Assembly (NCBI GenBank): GCA_002269645.1
Contig: NIVC01000271.1
Location: 372,001-436,000 of the forward strand
Direction: 5' to 3'
From: Macrostomum lignano
Taxonomy: Eukaryota
Length of the DNA: 64,000 nucleotides
Part shown: positions 25,066 to 37,100 of the stretch, in pieces
Layout of the letters: every line of letters starts with the position of its first letter
Position numbering within the stretch: the first letter of the stretch is position 1
Program-made: the position numbers and the translations under genes
The notes under the pieces: generated by a model
What the model was told of the DNA's origin: nothing
What the model saw: only the letters and a program-made list of their open reading frames with translations
Databases searched by the model: none

Positions 25066-26864
25066 TTACACAATTCGCACACCGGAAACTTCTGACTTTG
25101 ATGGCTTAACAACCGCATAGCCTCCAAGAATGTTACCGCCCGCAGTTCGTATGAACCAAAGTTTCTGTACAGAGTTTGGCAGATAGTCAAAAAAGTAGGT
25201 CAAAATAACCCACTTGACAAACAGTAAAATTAATAACACAAAAATCGGCAGCAGAGTGATGATGGAGCCATAGAGAGCTGCATTTTCCCAGCGAGAACTT
25301 TTACTCTGCAGTATCTTTCCAACCGAATTAAAGACGCCGGTTTCTTCTAAAAGACGAATTCTCTGCAACAAATCATATTGATTGCAGCTGCTACGCTCCG
25401 ATGCTTGAGCAGTGATGAAGTCAGGCTCCATGATCAGCGAAGGCCTTGGGACGCTGCAGTTGCCGAAACCCAGAGCCGGTTTGCCGTCGTCTGCCGCTTT
25501 TAGTAGAAAGGCGCACGGACCGGCTGCGTTGCTGACAGAATGCCTGCTAAATCAAAGTTCAAAAAATTGTTATTACTCGACGAATTATACCGGCCCGAGA
25601 CCAAAGCGGTGTCCTAAGACTCAAATTGGCGATATGAGACTTAAAGCAGCACCCTGAGACCCAAAGTAGCGCCCTGAGACCCAAAGTAGCGCCCTGAGAC
25701 CCAAAGTAGCGCCCTGAGACCCAAAGTAGCGCCCTGAGACCCAAAGTAGCGCCCTGAGACCCAAAGTAGCGCCCTGAGACCCAAAGTAGCGCCCTGAGAC
25801 CCAAAGTAGCGCCCTGAGACCCAAAGTGGTGCCTCAATACCCAAAGTGGTGCCCTCTGAGACCCAAAGTGGCGCCCTGAGACACAAAATGACATCCTGAG
25901 ACCCAAAGTGGCATCCTGCATTAGCCCAAAAGTGGCGCCTTGAGACACAAAGTGGCATCCTGCATGAGACCCAAATTGGCGCCTTGAGACACAAAGTGGC
26001 ATCCTGCATGAGACCCAAAGTGGCGCCCTGAGACCCAAAGTGGTACCTTGAGACCCAAAGTGACACCTTGAGACCCAAAGTGGCGCCTTGAGACCCAAAG
26101 TGGCATCCTGCATGAGACCCAAAGTGACACCCTGAGATCCTGACGATCACCCTGACGACTCAGTGGCACTCCTACACAAAAATGCCGCACCTCAAGTGTT
26201 TGCATATACTTTAATTGTAGTAAAGTACAAAATGACACAAATCATAAACAAGAGCATTTTTAACTCACGTCAGCTCCGACAAATTTCCAATGGGAACCAG
26301 TCCGCAGGCGCCGCTCTGATTTCTGCTCAGGGCAAGCAGGATGTCATCAGCTGGTTCGTAGAGCAAGCCAACTCTGATTGATGGGCTGTGCTCGAACAAC
26401 TGGTGCAGCATTTTGCCTGAAACTTTGAAGGCAAATGAGTTCGTAAAGCTTTCACTCCAATATTCTCCGTTGAGTCAGTGTTCCAAAAATATGTTTTATA
26501 TGTGCATAAATGAAACCCAAAACTCACTGACAGCAAGAAAGTCATCAAGTTCATCTGTACTGGAGAAGCTGGCCAGCTCAGCATCATCTCCGATGACGGA
26601 GCTGATGAAGTCTGTCAAGCTCATGCTTGCATCGCTTCTATAGTAGCAGTTGCCATGGAAACTGAGCCTGCCCCGACTGCAAGCTGTCCGATTAGCAGCC
26701 TCAGCTGTTTCGCACCTGCAGATCATGATAATAAAATGATAAAAGGTAATGCAGTTTAATATTTAAGAAAATGAGTTTTTTAATAATTTCTTTGCTTACT
26801 TTGTGAAGACATTTAACGAAATGCAGAGAAAAAACGAACAACCGAATGTACATATTTTGCGCAT
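25066..26864 (-). CDS. Paralog D: short CUB-less form, signal peptide + atypical CTLD + TM (~292 aa)
   Basis: Exons 26864-26800 (MRKICTFGCSFFLCISLNVFT), 26715-26528, 26416-26269, 25543-25066; phases 2,1,2 as in the other paralogs; total 879 nt = 293 codons. CSRGRLSFHGNCY..LASFSSTDE..GACGL..GPCAF..GNC; hydrophobic ALYGSIITLLPIFVLLILLFVKWVILTYFF. Confidence 0.8.
25632..26135. repeat. 20-bp minisatellite (GAGACCCAAAGTAGCGCCCT)n with variants, in the last intron of paralog D
   Basis: About nine near-perfect units then degenerate 20/31-bp variants; explains the overlapping ORFs here. Confidence 0.92.
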
Positions 26865-27524
26865 GTTTCGTTTTAGACTAAATATTGTTAATTAAGGCTA
26901 ATTTGGTTATATTCGTAACGTTGATCACAAACGGCTTTTAGTTCAAGTCTTAGAAGTCTATGAGCTCGTATAAGTATCTCGTTCAGTGGCATTTCCATTA
27001 TATTTAAGCTACTGTGTGAGAAAACCCTATCCAGTGGAGTCTCAAATAGACTTACTTGATGAACAATAGAATGTACATTTTTTGCTCTTACGATTGTACC
27101 ATATCATAGCACTCAGTTTCTATAAAACGCCATGACCAGAACATTCCTAGTAATGAATTTGCTCACAAATAAATGTGACGATGGCAGTTCCTTATTATAT
27201 GTAGCTAGCATTTAATTTGATTTAAATCGTATATCCTTCATTTCAGCTATTCTTTTGACTGAATTACTATTGTAGCAAATAGTAATAGTACAAGTAATAG
27301 GAATCAATACAAATTCGGTTGGGCCATATAACAAGCATCTAGGCATACGCTCGAGTAGCTGTTTTCTAATGAGGTTGCACTTTTTTACACCTTAGAATCG
27401 CTATCTATAAGTCACAATATATTAGTTTGATCTGGTTACTAGCAATTAGCGCCGCGCGTTGGGGAGCTAAAAGGAATGCAATAAAAGATTTTTTAAAAAT
27501 AAACTAAATGTAGCTTCTGACCTT

Positions 27525-27722
27525 TCAGCCTTGACATCTCAGCGATTCCCCCCGTAAGCCTTGAAATCTCAGCAATTCCCCCAGTAAGCCTTGACTTCTC
27601 AGCAATTCCCCCGTAAGCCTTGACATCGCAGCAATTCCCCCCGTAAGCCTTGACATCGCAGCAATTCCCCCCGTAAGCCTTGACATCGCAGCAATTCCCC
27701 CCGTAAGCCTTGACGTCTCAGC
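27525..27722. repeat. ~30-bp tandem repeat (AAGCCTTGACATCGCAGCAATTCCCCCCGT), 6-7 copies
   Basis: Direct reading. Confidence 0.9.
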
Positions 27723-28161
27723 AAATTGGATTCGAGCAATTCAGCTCTATATAATTAACAACGATTCGAGCGAAACAAAAGTTTCTCCGGTTTTTTTCAA
27801 AAAATTATTAGTAAAGAAACAAATTTTCTTGATAAACTATGTAGTACTAGTGCTTTTATAAAAATAACAGCTTATATTGTTACGAGCGCTAAAATTTAAA
27901 GTTATTCATGTTTACGTGCGCATATTCAGTGAGTACCTAGCGGAGCTACAGAAAAACCTTTGACAATGAATCTGAATTCTGTCACAATGGTAAGCTAGAG
28001 ATAAAAAATTCATTAAAAGCTTTGCTTTCATTTAAAAACGAAGGGGACCTGATGCACACGCAGTAGAAATGAACAAAATGAGCAAATGAGCAAATATCCC
28101 ATAAGCTTCTATGAAAATTAGTTAGCCTTAGAGCAGTAAAGCAGCGACAGCTCAAGCTCTT

Positions 28162-29298
28162 TTGTACATTACATTACTTTACATTACAACGACGCTAGGG
28201 TCGGGGGGCACTAGCGCGCACACGATTGCGAAAAAGAGGGGCAGGGCAGGTCGCAGCAGTCTGGGGAGTCAGTCCAATTGCCTCCAGGTCGGCAACAAGT
28301 GTCTCCCGGAGCGTCTGGGTCCGCCCTTGGCCGCGGCGGAACCGTTCGGTCGGCGGATGCAGAATGGCCAGTCCAAGCAGGTTGTCGTCGCCGCGGGTGA
28401 ATCGCCGCAGGCAGTGTCCCAGCAGGGCCTGGCGGCGCCGGCGGAGGGTGGCGCTGAGGGACGGCGATTTCGATCTCGCCATCAGCTGGGCCGTCGAGAG
28501 GACGGTCGGGTAGCGCACGCCCAGCACCTTGCGCAGCAGGTTGCGGTGCAACGCGTCCAGGGCCCGTTCTCGCGCGGTTGTCATCGGGACAGCCTCCATG
28601 CCGTAGAGAAGGATCGGCTCTACAGCGGCGCGGAACAGGTGGATCTTCAGGTCGTCACGCGCTCCGGAGGTGAAGATCGGCCTGAGGTGGTGCATGGCGC
28701 GCCAGGCCTGGGTCCTCCTGTCCGCGATGATCGCCTCTGGGCTCATCACGAGGGTGCCTAGGTAGCGGAAGTCGCTGCACGTTGAAATGGCCTCGTCGTT
28801 GGGCAGGGTCAGCGGAGGGGCATTGTCAGCACCCACGTGCAGCACCTCCGTCTTGCCTGCGTTAATCTGCAAGCCGATCCGGGCGCCTTCCTCGGAGAGT
28901 CGAGTAAGAGCGTGCTGGGCTGCTACAGGGTCTCGGCACAGCAGCGCGATGTCAGCAGCGTAGGCGAGGGCTGGGAGCGTCACGGCAGTGTGGCGGGAGC
29001 TAAGCTGAGGCGCGAGGACAAAGCTGTCGTCGTCTCGAAGGCAGCGGCGCAGGATGTAGTCAACAGCCAGAATGAAAAGCAGGGGAGATAGCGTGTCCCC
29101 TTGCAGCACCCTGGAAGTGGTATCGAACTCGTCCGTGGGGCCATCGCTGGAGTCGACAAACGCCTTGGAGTTGTGGTACAGGTCCATAACTGCCGTCACC
29201 AGGGTGTCGCGGACGCCGTACTGAGCCAGGAGCCAGGCTAAGGCCGTCCTGCTGACAGAGTCGAAGGCCTTCCGGAAGTCAACCAAGACGATAGACAT
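28162..29298 (-). mobile_element. 5'-truncated RTE/RTEX-like non-LTR retrotransposon (RT domain and C-terminus)
   Basis: 367-aa ORF: VDFRKAFDSV, LQGDTLSPLLFI, YAAD (YADD altered), GLQINAGKTE, FRYLG, RRRRQALLGHC; (TGTAA)-type 3' tail at 28162-28190; visibly far more GC-rich than its flanks. Confidence 0.92.
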
Positions 29299-29488
29299 CT
29301 AAAATGTCTATATTTTGTAAGTCTACGCTCGTATCTTTTGTATCTTTTTGTATCTTTTCTGTATCTTTTTGTATCTTTTGTCTATCTTACTAAAAAGTCT
29401 ATCTTTTGTACAGCCATGGTTGAAAGCACTGTTCTTTAAGCCTCTGAGGCCTGGAGGCTTCGTTTTGAAGAAACTGGGACCCTCGAAC

Positions 29489-29745
29489 CGAAGTCTAATC
29501 AAGAGGATCAATTACAGATCTTGTAAGGGAGTTCTACAAGTTGGCCGAAATATGGATACTAACAGGACGTAATGAAGTCTAATCAAGAAAATCAATTACA
29601 GATCTTGTAAGGGAGTTCTACAAGTTTGCCGAAATATGGATACTAACAGGACGTAATGAAGTCTAATCAAGAGGATCAATTACAGATCTTGTAAGGGAGT
29701 TCTACAAGTTTGCCGAAATATGGATACTAACAGGACGTAATGAAG
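29489..29745. repeat. Three tandem 85-bp units
   Basis: GAAGTCTAATCAAGAGGATCAATTACAGATC...CAGGACGTAAT starts at about 29489, 29574 and 29659. Confidence 0.9.
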
Positions 29746-30017
29746 CCTGCCCAAAGCTAGACAGATGTCTTTATTGTCTGTCAAAAAGAGAATTAGAGAG
29801 TTATCCAATAGTGATAAAACAGAACTATAAATCGCCCAGACTCCATGCATCATCTTGAAACCAGTCGAGGAGCCAGTTTACACTGAGATGGGCCTTACAG
29901 CTAAAATGAATAGCGAAACGATGCGAAACTGTCAAGCATGGACGAGTAGCCAAACCAATCAGAACCATGGATGAATAATATAGCTGAATCGCCAAAAGCT
30001 CGATTTTTGGTCCCAAG

Positions 30018-30233
30018 CCAAGGACAACTTGATAACTCAGGACCGGAAACGAGCCAATTCATGGCGAAAAAAGTATGAGGCTCGTTTAAAAGCATTGTTC
30101 TATGGCCCATCCGTATGCGCATGCGCTTTCGTAGCTTTGGATCGGCCATAGAACAATGCTTTTAAACGAGCCTCATACTTTTTTCGCCATGAATTGGCTC
30201 GTTTCCGGTCCTGAGTTATCAAGTTGTCCTTGG
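30018..30233. repeat. Perfect 90-bp inverted repeat with a 36-nt loop
   Basis: 30018-30107 (CCAAGGACAAC...TTCTATGGCC) is the reverse complement of 30144-30233 (GGCCATAGAA...GTTGTCCTTGG). Confidence 0.92.
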
Positions 30234-30243
30234 TAACTCAGAA

Positions 30244-30560
30244 TGTCGACACCATGTCGACAGAATCAGTCAATGGACAGGGCTGACGGATGAGCAAGAG
30301 AGGCTAATTGATGAGGAACTACGCAATCCTACGCCGGAAGATCACGTTGGAAACCTGTTTCGTGAATTGACCGAAGAAGAAGAAGCTGGCCTACATCATG
30401 TGGAGCAAGAAAGTAAACGGAAGTCGACGGTTAAGCAAACTGAATTGCATATTCGCAAACTAAAAGTTTCTACGCGCGGAGAATTTACCTGATCACATCG
30501 AGAATATGCCAGTTAGGTATCTCAACTCCTATCTACGCCTGTTCTTCGTTCAGCTTAACT
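30244..30560 (+). mobile_element. Truncated, frameshifted Crypton-like N-terminal ORF relic
   Basis: EEEAGLHHVEQESKRKSTVKQTELHIRKLK / FLRAENLPDHIENMPVRYLNSYLRLFFVQL aligns with ELEQLVSEIEDTAASKSVTKATEYYVGKLQSFM..DLATSTPREIDSLLRYFYGSL of the 55532-56227 ORF; bracketed by CCATAGAA (30146) and CCATAGAC (30731). Confidence 0.6.
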
Positions 30561-31197
30561 TTACGAGCTCGCAATCAATCAAACTAAGGTCAGAAGGTAT
30601 ACCGCGTGAGAAATCGAAAGACTTGTCAATGACTATATATCTAATGTTTATCTCATGTTAATGTTAATATTTCATGTTAATGCTAATATTAGCTCAAAAT
30701 ATACACATAGTTTCTTTGTGCCCACTTGGGCCATAGACAACTTTTGCTGGCGGGCAGACATCGTTGCTTTCACCCTCGTTTCGGCAGTTAGGACTGCTAC
30801 AATATATGGTATCACCCCCATGGATTCATTTACTTTGTCGACAGAGCGGCTGAGGGCTGCATTTATTGGCCGAGGCTTTCCCAAAGGGATTAAATGTTTT
30901 ACCTAATGATTAATGAAGGTAGAGACAGGTAGAGACACACAGGAAGTTCTACCAAAATTCATCAAGGACATGATGCAATCCAGAACTGCTCTAAGGCTTC
31001 GAATCGGTACCTAGTTGGGCACGAGAATATAACTCATGTCCCGTAGAAAGTTTTATTAGCTTTTCGAATTTACATGTAGTTTTTTCTTATTTTGTATTTA
31101 CTTGTTATGCAGTTTAATAGCTTAATAATATGATAAAATAAAAAAATCAGCAACCTCGATTTGAGCGAGCATTTAATAATATTAACTATTTAAATAT

Positions 31198-31221
31198 TCT
31201 TATTATTATTATTATTATTAT

Positions 31222-31254
<33 letters not shown>

Positions 31255-31277
31255 GTTATTTTATTACTACTATTATA
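31198..31277. repeat. (TTA)n microsatellite
   Basis: Direct reading. Confidence 0.9.
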
Positions 31278-32769
31278 TGTTGCATATTTGAGTAAATGAA
31301 ATGAGTGAACAGAGATCTCAAACTGTCGGTGTCAGGCAGAAACGTATATTGGTAGTACAGACGTAAGTAGTAAAGCATGCTGTACAGTGACAAAAATTGT
31401 CTAGTTATGCCACAGTGGGTGTTCTATGGATGCGCGGAAGAAGTTTCTAGAGCGTTACTAGATTTTGGCATTCGGGAGAGCATAGAAATTTCTAGAGTAT
31501 GTGGGAAATAGCTATTAGTAAATTTTATAACCATGCAACTATTGTATTTGTATACATGCATAGACATCTAGAATGCATGTCTGCTGGAATTACATATATC
31601 GACACTAAAAAGAAATAGTAATTATTACAGGGTAATTTTCTTATCTTAGCGATGCCACCAAGTTGCCAAGTTGTGACGGTTTTTTTGTTCTTCTGGGGAA
31701 TCGATCTCACTGTTATGCCACCAATTTGTTATTTATTGTTTGGGGATTAATTTCACGCGTCACCAATTTGGGATAGGGGTCTTGGGGGGTTCTTGGAATG
31801 TATGGAGAATTTACTATTCTAATGCGAGTGTGAATAGTCTAAATACTCAGGTAGCGTTCAGTGTCGGAGCGGCAAGACACTATTCCTAACTAAACTAATT
31901 AAATTCAGTCGAAAGAGCTTCGCGGGGATCAGTGTTGCCTGGAGAATGTGGGTACGCGCTATTTCTAAGGGGGACTTATTGCCCCCTTAATGGGTAATTT
32001 TAGCGAGGGCAGAACGCTTAATAGGGATTGGGAAAGAGGCAAAACGCTAATAGAATAGAGAGCTAGGGTTAGGCAAGACGCCTGGGAGCCTGAGGAGACA
32101 GCGCGTCTGGGGGATAGGCAATTAAAACGCTATTTTTAAAATGAAATAATTCAATATAATATTTCAATATTTCAATAATATGATGAGGACGCACTTTTTC
32201 CCAAATCCTGCGCTAGCACATGGGCTCGAAACTTACTAGCCTACTAACAGTGGGCGATGGGCATTTTTATCCTTTTTCTGCGATTTGTCATGGAATCTAT
32301 ACTAGATATAATGTCTGGCCATACTAGTAGTCATAATAACATAGGCATTGTATTTTGGGTCATAAATCATCGCTTTCGAAGCTGGTCTGACAGCCACCTG
32401 CGCCTCACTCAGTGTTGAGACGGGCGCCAGATGGTCTGAGAGGATGCGGGCGGTAGCTTTTTTCTCATCATTTTGACAGGCCATCAAGATTTATGAGGTC
32501 AGAGCCTATTGTTCGGATTCACTCAAGCGTGTGACAGCTTTGACAGCTATGCATTTTACCCCTAAAAGTACCTTGGGATTAGCGATTAGCAATTTCTCTT
32601 CATTATCTTCACTTTCTATTTAATAAGAGCTTTCTAATGTATATTTTTTCATTAATTTCTGTCAATCCTACGCGAAAAGTCATAAATCATTTTGTTGCGA
32701 TTTTGAGTGATTTATGGCCGCACCTGTCATCTTTTTACGACCCTGTGGGAACTGATAGGATCTCTCGGT

Positions 32770-32900
32770 CACGTGATTCTGGGTAGCAACAAGCTTAGCC
32801 AATCAGAAAATTCGGCGCTCATTTTAACAAAACGGCTCAGCCAATCAGAATCGACGTGTTCCATTATAACAAACTGCGGTCCAGTTGGCGGCTATTTAAA
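32770..32900 (+). promoter_or_regulatory. Possible LTR-like promoter (two CCAAT boxes then a TATA-like box)
   Basis: GCCAATCAG twice (about 32797 and 32830) and CTATTTAAA (about 32892), inside a GC-richer unexplained block; no partner LTR found. Confidence 0.25.
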
Positions 32901-34959
32901 CCGGAGTTTTTGGCCCGCTCGGACTAACTCTTGCTCGGGCCCAGCACGCAACTTCTGGTTCCCGAAGCGCGACCGTCGTTTCTTGATCCCCGGATTGCGA
33001 CTTCCCCCATCATCATCAAGGACGTATCCCCCGGTCGTCAGCAGTGAACATCAAGCGAAGATCATCACCTGCTAGCTATCAGCGAAGATCGTGACAGCAT
33101 CATCCCGAGTCTACAGCTACAGAGCATCAAGCCGATTTGGTCACTGTGGATTACCTGGTCTCCGGCTGTTGAGTTTCTGATTGGTTGGGTGAGAGGCTAC
33201 CTAGACTTGCTTGATTGGGTGATCCCCTATCTGTCTCCTGTTTCAGTAGCTGAATTAGGCGCACACTTTTGCTCATTTTGTTCAGTAGTGCTGTTACTGA
33301 GGCAGAAGTCATTCAACAATACTGCTAGTAGTCTAAACTCCAATTCAATCTGAAGTGTGAAGTGATCTAAGGAGAAGGTTAAATCCAACAGTTATTTTTA
33401 TCGGTTTTATTTCTTTGTTCGCCGATGGCTCAGATAAGTAGCTAAGCTAGTAGGCGCCGGTCACAGTGGACCAATGGCCAGGCAGTTCTCAGTCGATCAA
33501 TCAATCAAATCAGTGAGCAAAACTGCCAGAAGTGCAGAATCGGCGCCAGAGATGTACTTTGTGCACTCTAGGTTAGCCAAGCGGCTCGGGTAATGAATCA
33601 TGCGGTCTCTGAAGTTCGAGTTAGTCTATCATCAGCGCTATGAGAGGCTAGTTGGCGCGTTGAAGGCCAAAAGTACCTATCTTCGTATTTAGCAATGTAA
33701 TAGTACATGTAGCTACCCCATAGACTCGCCACTGCAAGAATCCCCTGCACAAGTCCCCTCTGTACCTGCATGGCCAATGCAATCTAGTCCCAGCAGTGTC
33801 CCTTAAAATCGGCTATGACTTCGAGATTGACAGCAAAAAGACACTATAGTTGGCAGATAAGTACTAAGCCCCTTCTAGTCGGAAGCCCGATTTTGAAAGT
33901 TTCGGTGTGGTGAGCCAGGGCGTACGAGCTGGTGGCAGCGGGTTAGTTATAATCTGCGGATTAGCTAATCTCTACCTTCAAAATTCTCCCTGCTTGTCTC
34001 TCGCTGTCCCTCTCTTAGCTATAGGACCTAGACTGCTCGCCACAGATCAAGCTACCATGGGGCTGACTATCTGACAGGAGTGGGGGGCCAGGACTCTAAT
34101 TGATTTATTTCTGAGCCTGAGGTCCGAAGGCTTCCCTAACAAGGGACCCGAAGGTCGAAACCCATCAAATAATATAATATTCAATATAATACAATATAAT
34201 ATAATATTTTATAATTCAATACTTACTATTATGCTATAATAATGCTATAAAATCGCAAGGTAAAAGCAAGTTGCGCTGTCCGTATATTTTCTGATTCTTT
34301 TTAACAGAGCAAAGCCGTGAGTGTGGTATTTAATAAAACAAAGTTTTGACGATTCGCAGAGATATAATGTTTATCTATAAAGTATAAAAAAGGATTTGAT
34401 TATATGAAAAAGGATAGTAAGATATCTAATAGAAATTTGATAAGGTATTTTTAACGCAGATGGTGTAATAACGATCCTAGCAAAAGAAAAGACTATAATT
34501 ACGAACTACTTAACACTAATTACTACAAACGAGAATTATTACTATTACACTATAGCAAATATGAATCATTTAAAAATGAATTTCTGTTTATTTTATAAAA
34601 TGTTTTTCAATTGCGAATTCGCTGGTCTTGAATAACATTCGGAATCAGGGTTAAAAAACACGATGTAACGAGTACGGTATATTTACTTAGCGGAGGCTAT
34701 AAAGTACCGTACTAGTAGTAGTAATAGAATAATACTAGAATCTTCAGTGTATGAATTTAATAACGTATGATCTGTTAGTACCCTGGAATAAATGACGCAC
34801 GAAATAGTCAAGGACTACCTCAAGCAGTAACATACATCTACTTAAGTTGTCCTTGGAAATAGTATCAACTAAAAATTAATACGAGTGTATCTTGATTAAA
34901 GTTTTAAGAATACATTTGCTTTCTATTGAATTATCAAACAATTACAAAGATCAAAGGAC

Positions 34960-37100
34960 TTAAACTACGCTCGTATCTGGTAGCATTTTTATATTTGCAT
35001 CCAACTGTCCGAGATTCGCACTGTCCCTCTTTACTGTTCGAAGTCGTGATATTAAGTGCAAGAAGCAAGGACACACAGCTACTTGCAGTAAACATGCAAT
35101 GGCGACAGCCAAAGCACGAGCCCAAATTCCTGCACAATTCTCCTCCGGATATTGTTTTGTTTGATTGCGAAGCATCCCTCCTGCCTGCAGAGGATATGCG
35201 TCTTTTTCCATCGACAAAACTTTTGGAATAATTTCTGGACAGAAACGGCTAATTATTCTTTTATCACTACGAGCAACTTGCGGAAATTTTATGAGCGCCA
35301 GAATCGAAGCGTCACAGCTACCGAACTCAACCAGCGCTTTGTCTGTTACATCCAAACTGAGATGAGCGCATGGACCGACAACAGTATTTGAGATTCTGAA
35401 ATAGTTTTACCCGTAGTAGCCAATAAATGCTTTTATTTGTGACATGTTTTGGTCCCAATTTCAAAGAGTTGTAGCTGGAGCCCCTCAGCGCACAAGAGAG
35501 GTATTTTTTAAAAGCTTGAAATCTCATATCGTCTAAGTCTTGATATCTAGCTAGTTGCACTTTTCTCTAGCTCGAAAACTTCACATTGTCCAGGATGTCA
35601 AAGATCGAGCTCGTGAAGTTGTTAAAGTATGAAGTTTTAAGCCTCGCTTACACCGAGGCCAAATAGGCTTTGTGTGTTTGACCAAATTCTGTGTGATCAC
35701 CCAGACTTCATTCCTTTTACATCGGTCGTGTGATTCTATGGCAGTGTGAATGGGCCTTTAGGTGGTTTATGAACTTTCGAGCTTGTGAAATATGGTTATT
35801 GCAGTGTTTTAACCTAACTCAAACAGATTATTTCGATGACTCACTTAAATGTCTCAAGTGTAGATAACGGTTCTAGACCGCATCCTGCACTATTGTTTCC
35901 TCTTTTTAGCATGGACACAGTTTGATCCTGACCATCGGAGCCGAGGAACATGCCAAGGCGGAGTGGAGTGGTTGACTCAGATTTAGAGGCCGTCTGTACG
36001 GGTACTCAGACTCTCGAGCGATATCTACAGAATATTTAATAAGAATGTGTATTGCTCGTGGACTGAACTTTATATTAAACAAGCTGTTGTTTTTACTACA
36101 ACTATTTAGCTTTAAGAATATACATCTTTAATATTATTCTACATTTACCCTCACGACACTTTTACTAGCAGGGGATGACAGGGCCAAATAAAGTAATAAC
36201 ATATTACTAAAAATTCGTAAGATGATAAATTTATCAATCATTGATTCGTAGTAGTTCTACGAATTTTTTCAGAACTTACTTGCTGCAACGAACTCGTTAA
36301 TTTCTGCCATGCTGGCGAAGCTGGCCAGCTCGACATCACCTTCAATAGTAGACAAAGCTTCAGTTAGATTTTGTTTAAAGGCACTCACGGCGTAACAGCT
36401 ACCATTGAAGCTGAGCATGTCATTGTTGCATATTCCTGGAATCGGGATCAGATAGCGAAGTCGAATTGGCGTTCTGCTCTGGATTTTTGGGTCCCATTTG
36501 ATTGTGTTAGTGAAGAGGTTTCTGAAACCATAGGAAAGCAGTTTGTTTGGTTAACAGAAAACGTCGGTATAGTTTTTAACACTATTTGGAAAACTTTATT
36601 CCTGACCTTCGACGCAGTGGGTACAGTCGAAACAATCCACGCGTTGCAACAAACGCATCTTCTTGCGAAACAACAATCAAGTCTTTACGGGCTGTTTCAT
36701 TTTCTCTGACCGCGACTTGCTCGTCTGGAGTTGTCTGAATACGTAACAATTTGAAGACTCTTCCAGGTGCTGGAGGTTCGAATACGAATTAACCATCTGC
36801 ATCGTCTGTAGCTTTTGTGCTGCGTGTCCAGCTCGTTTGGAATTCTGGGCACAATCGTTTCGTCCCGATGATAGAAGTTGTCGAGTCCTACACTAGTTGT
36901 CAGACCGTTGACGCAATAATGATTGGCCGCGTCGCAGCTGCCGTGATGAAGACACATATTTAATTAGTTTTGTATTTTTAATTTATGTAGATTCACTTCA
37001 TTGCTTGCTTGACTTACAATTTGACGCAGCAAAAGTTACTCTCAAAAAATAGCATCAAATAGATTACCACGATATGGGACCATCGAGGAGAGGCAAACTC
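34960..37100 (-). pseudogene. Paralog E: CUB-like/CTLD/TM gene with two frameshifts
   Basis: Exons 37100-37018, 36937-36607 (331 nt, should be 3n; TGA at 36697), 36521-36280 (242 nt as in A-C), 36024-35845 (180 nt, contains a CCACT duplication; 175 nt restores phase), 35395-34960. Homologous sequence resumes in the shifted frames (ENETARKDLIV..GLFRLYP; LRLGMF..AGCGLEP). ATG exon not found. Confidence 0.8.
35640..35757. mobile_element. Small MITE related to 5037-5166, in the last intron of E
   Basis: AGCCTCGCTTACACCG ... GGCAGTGTGAATGGGCCT degenerate TIRs. Confidence 0.5.
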
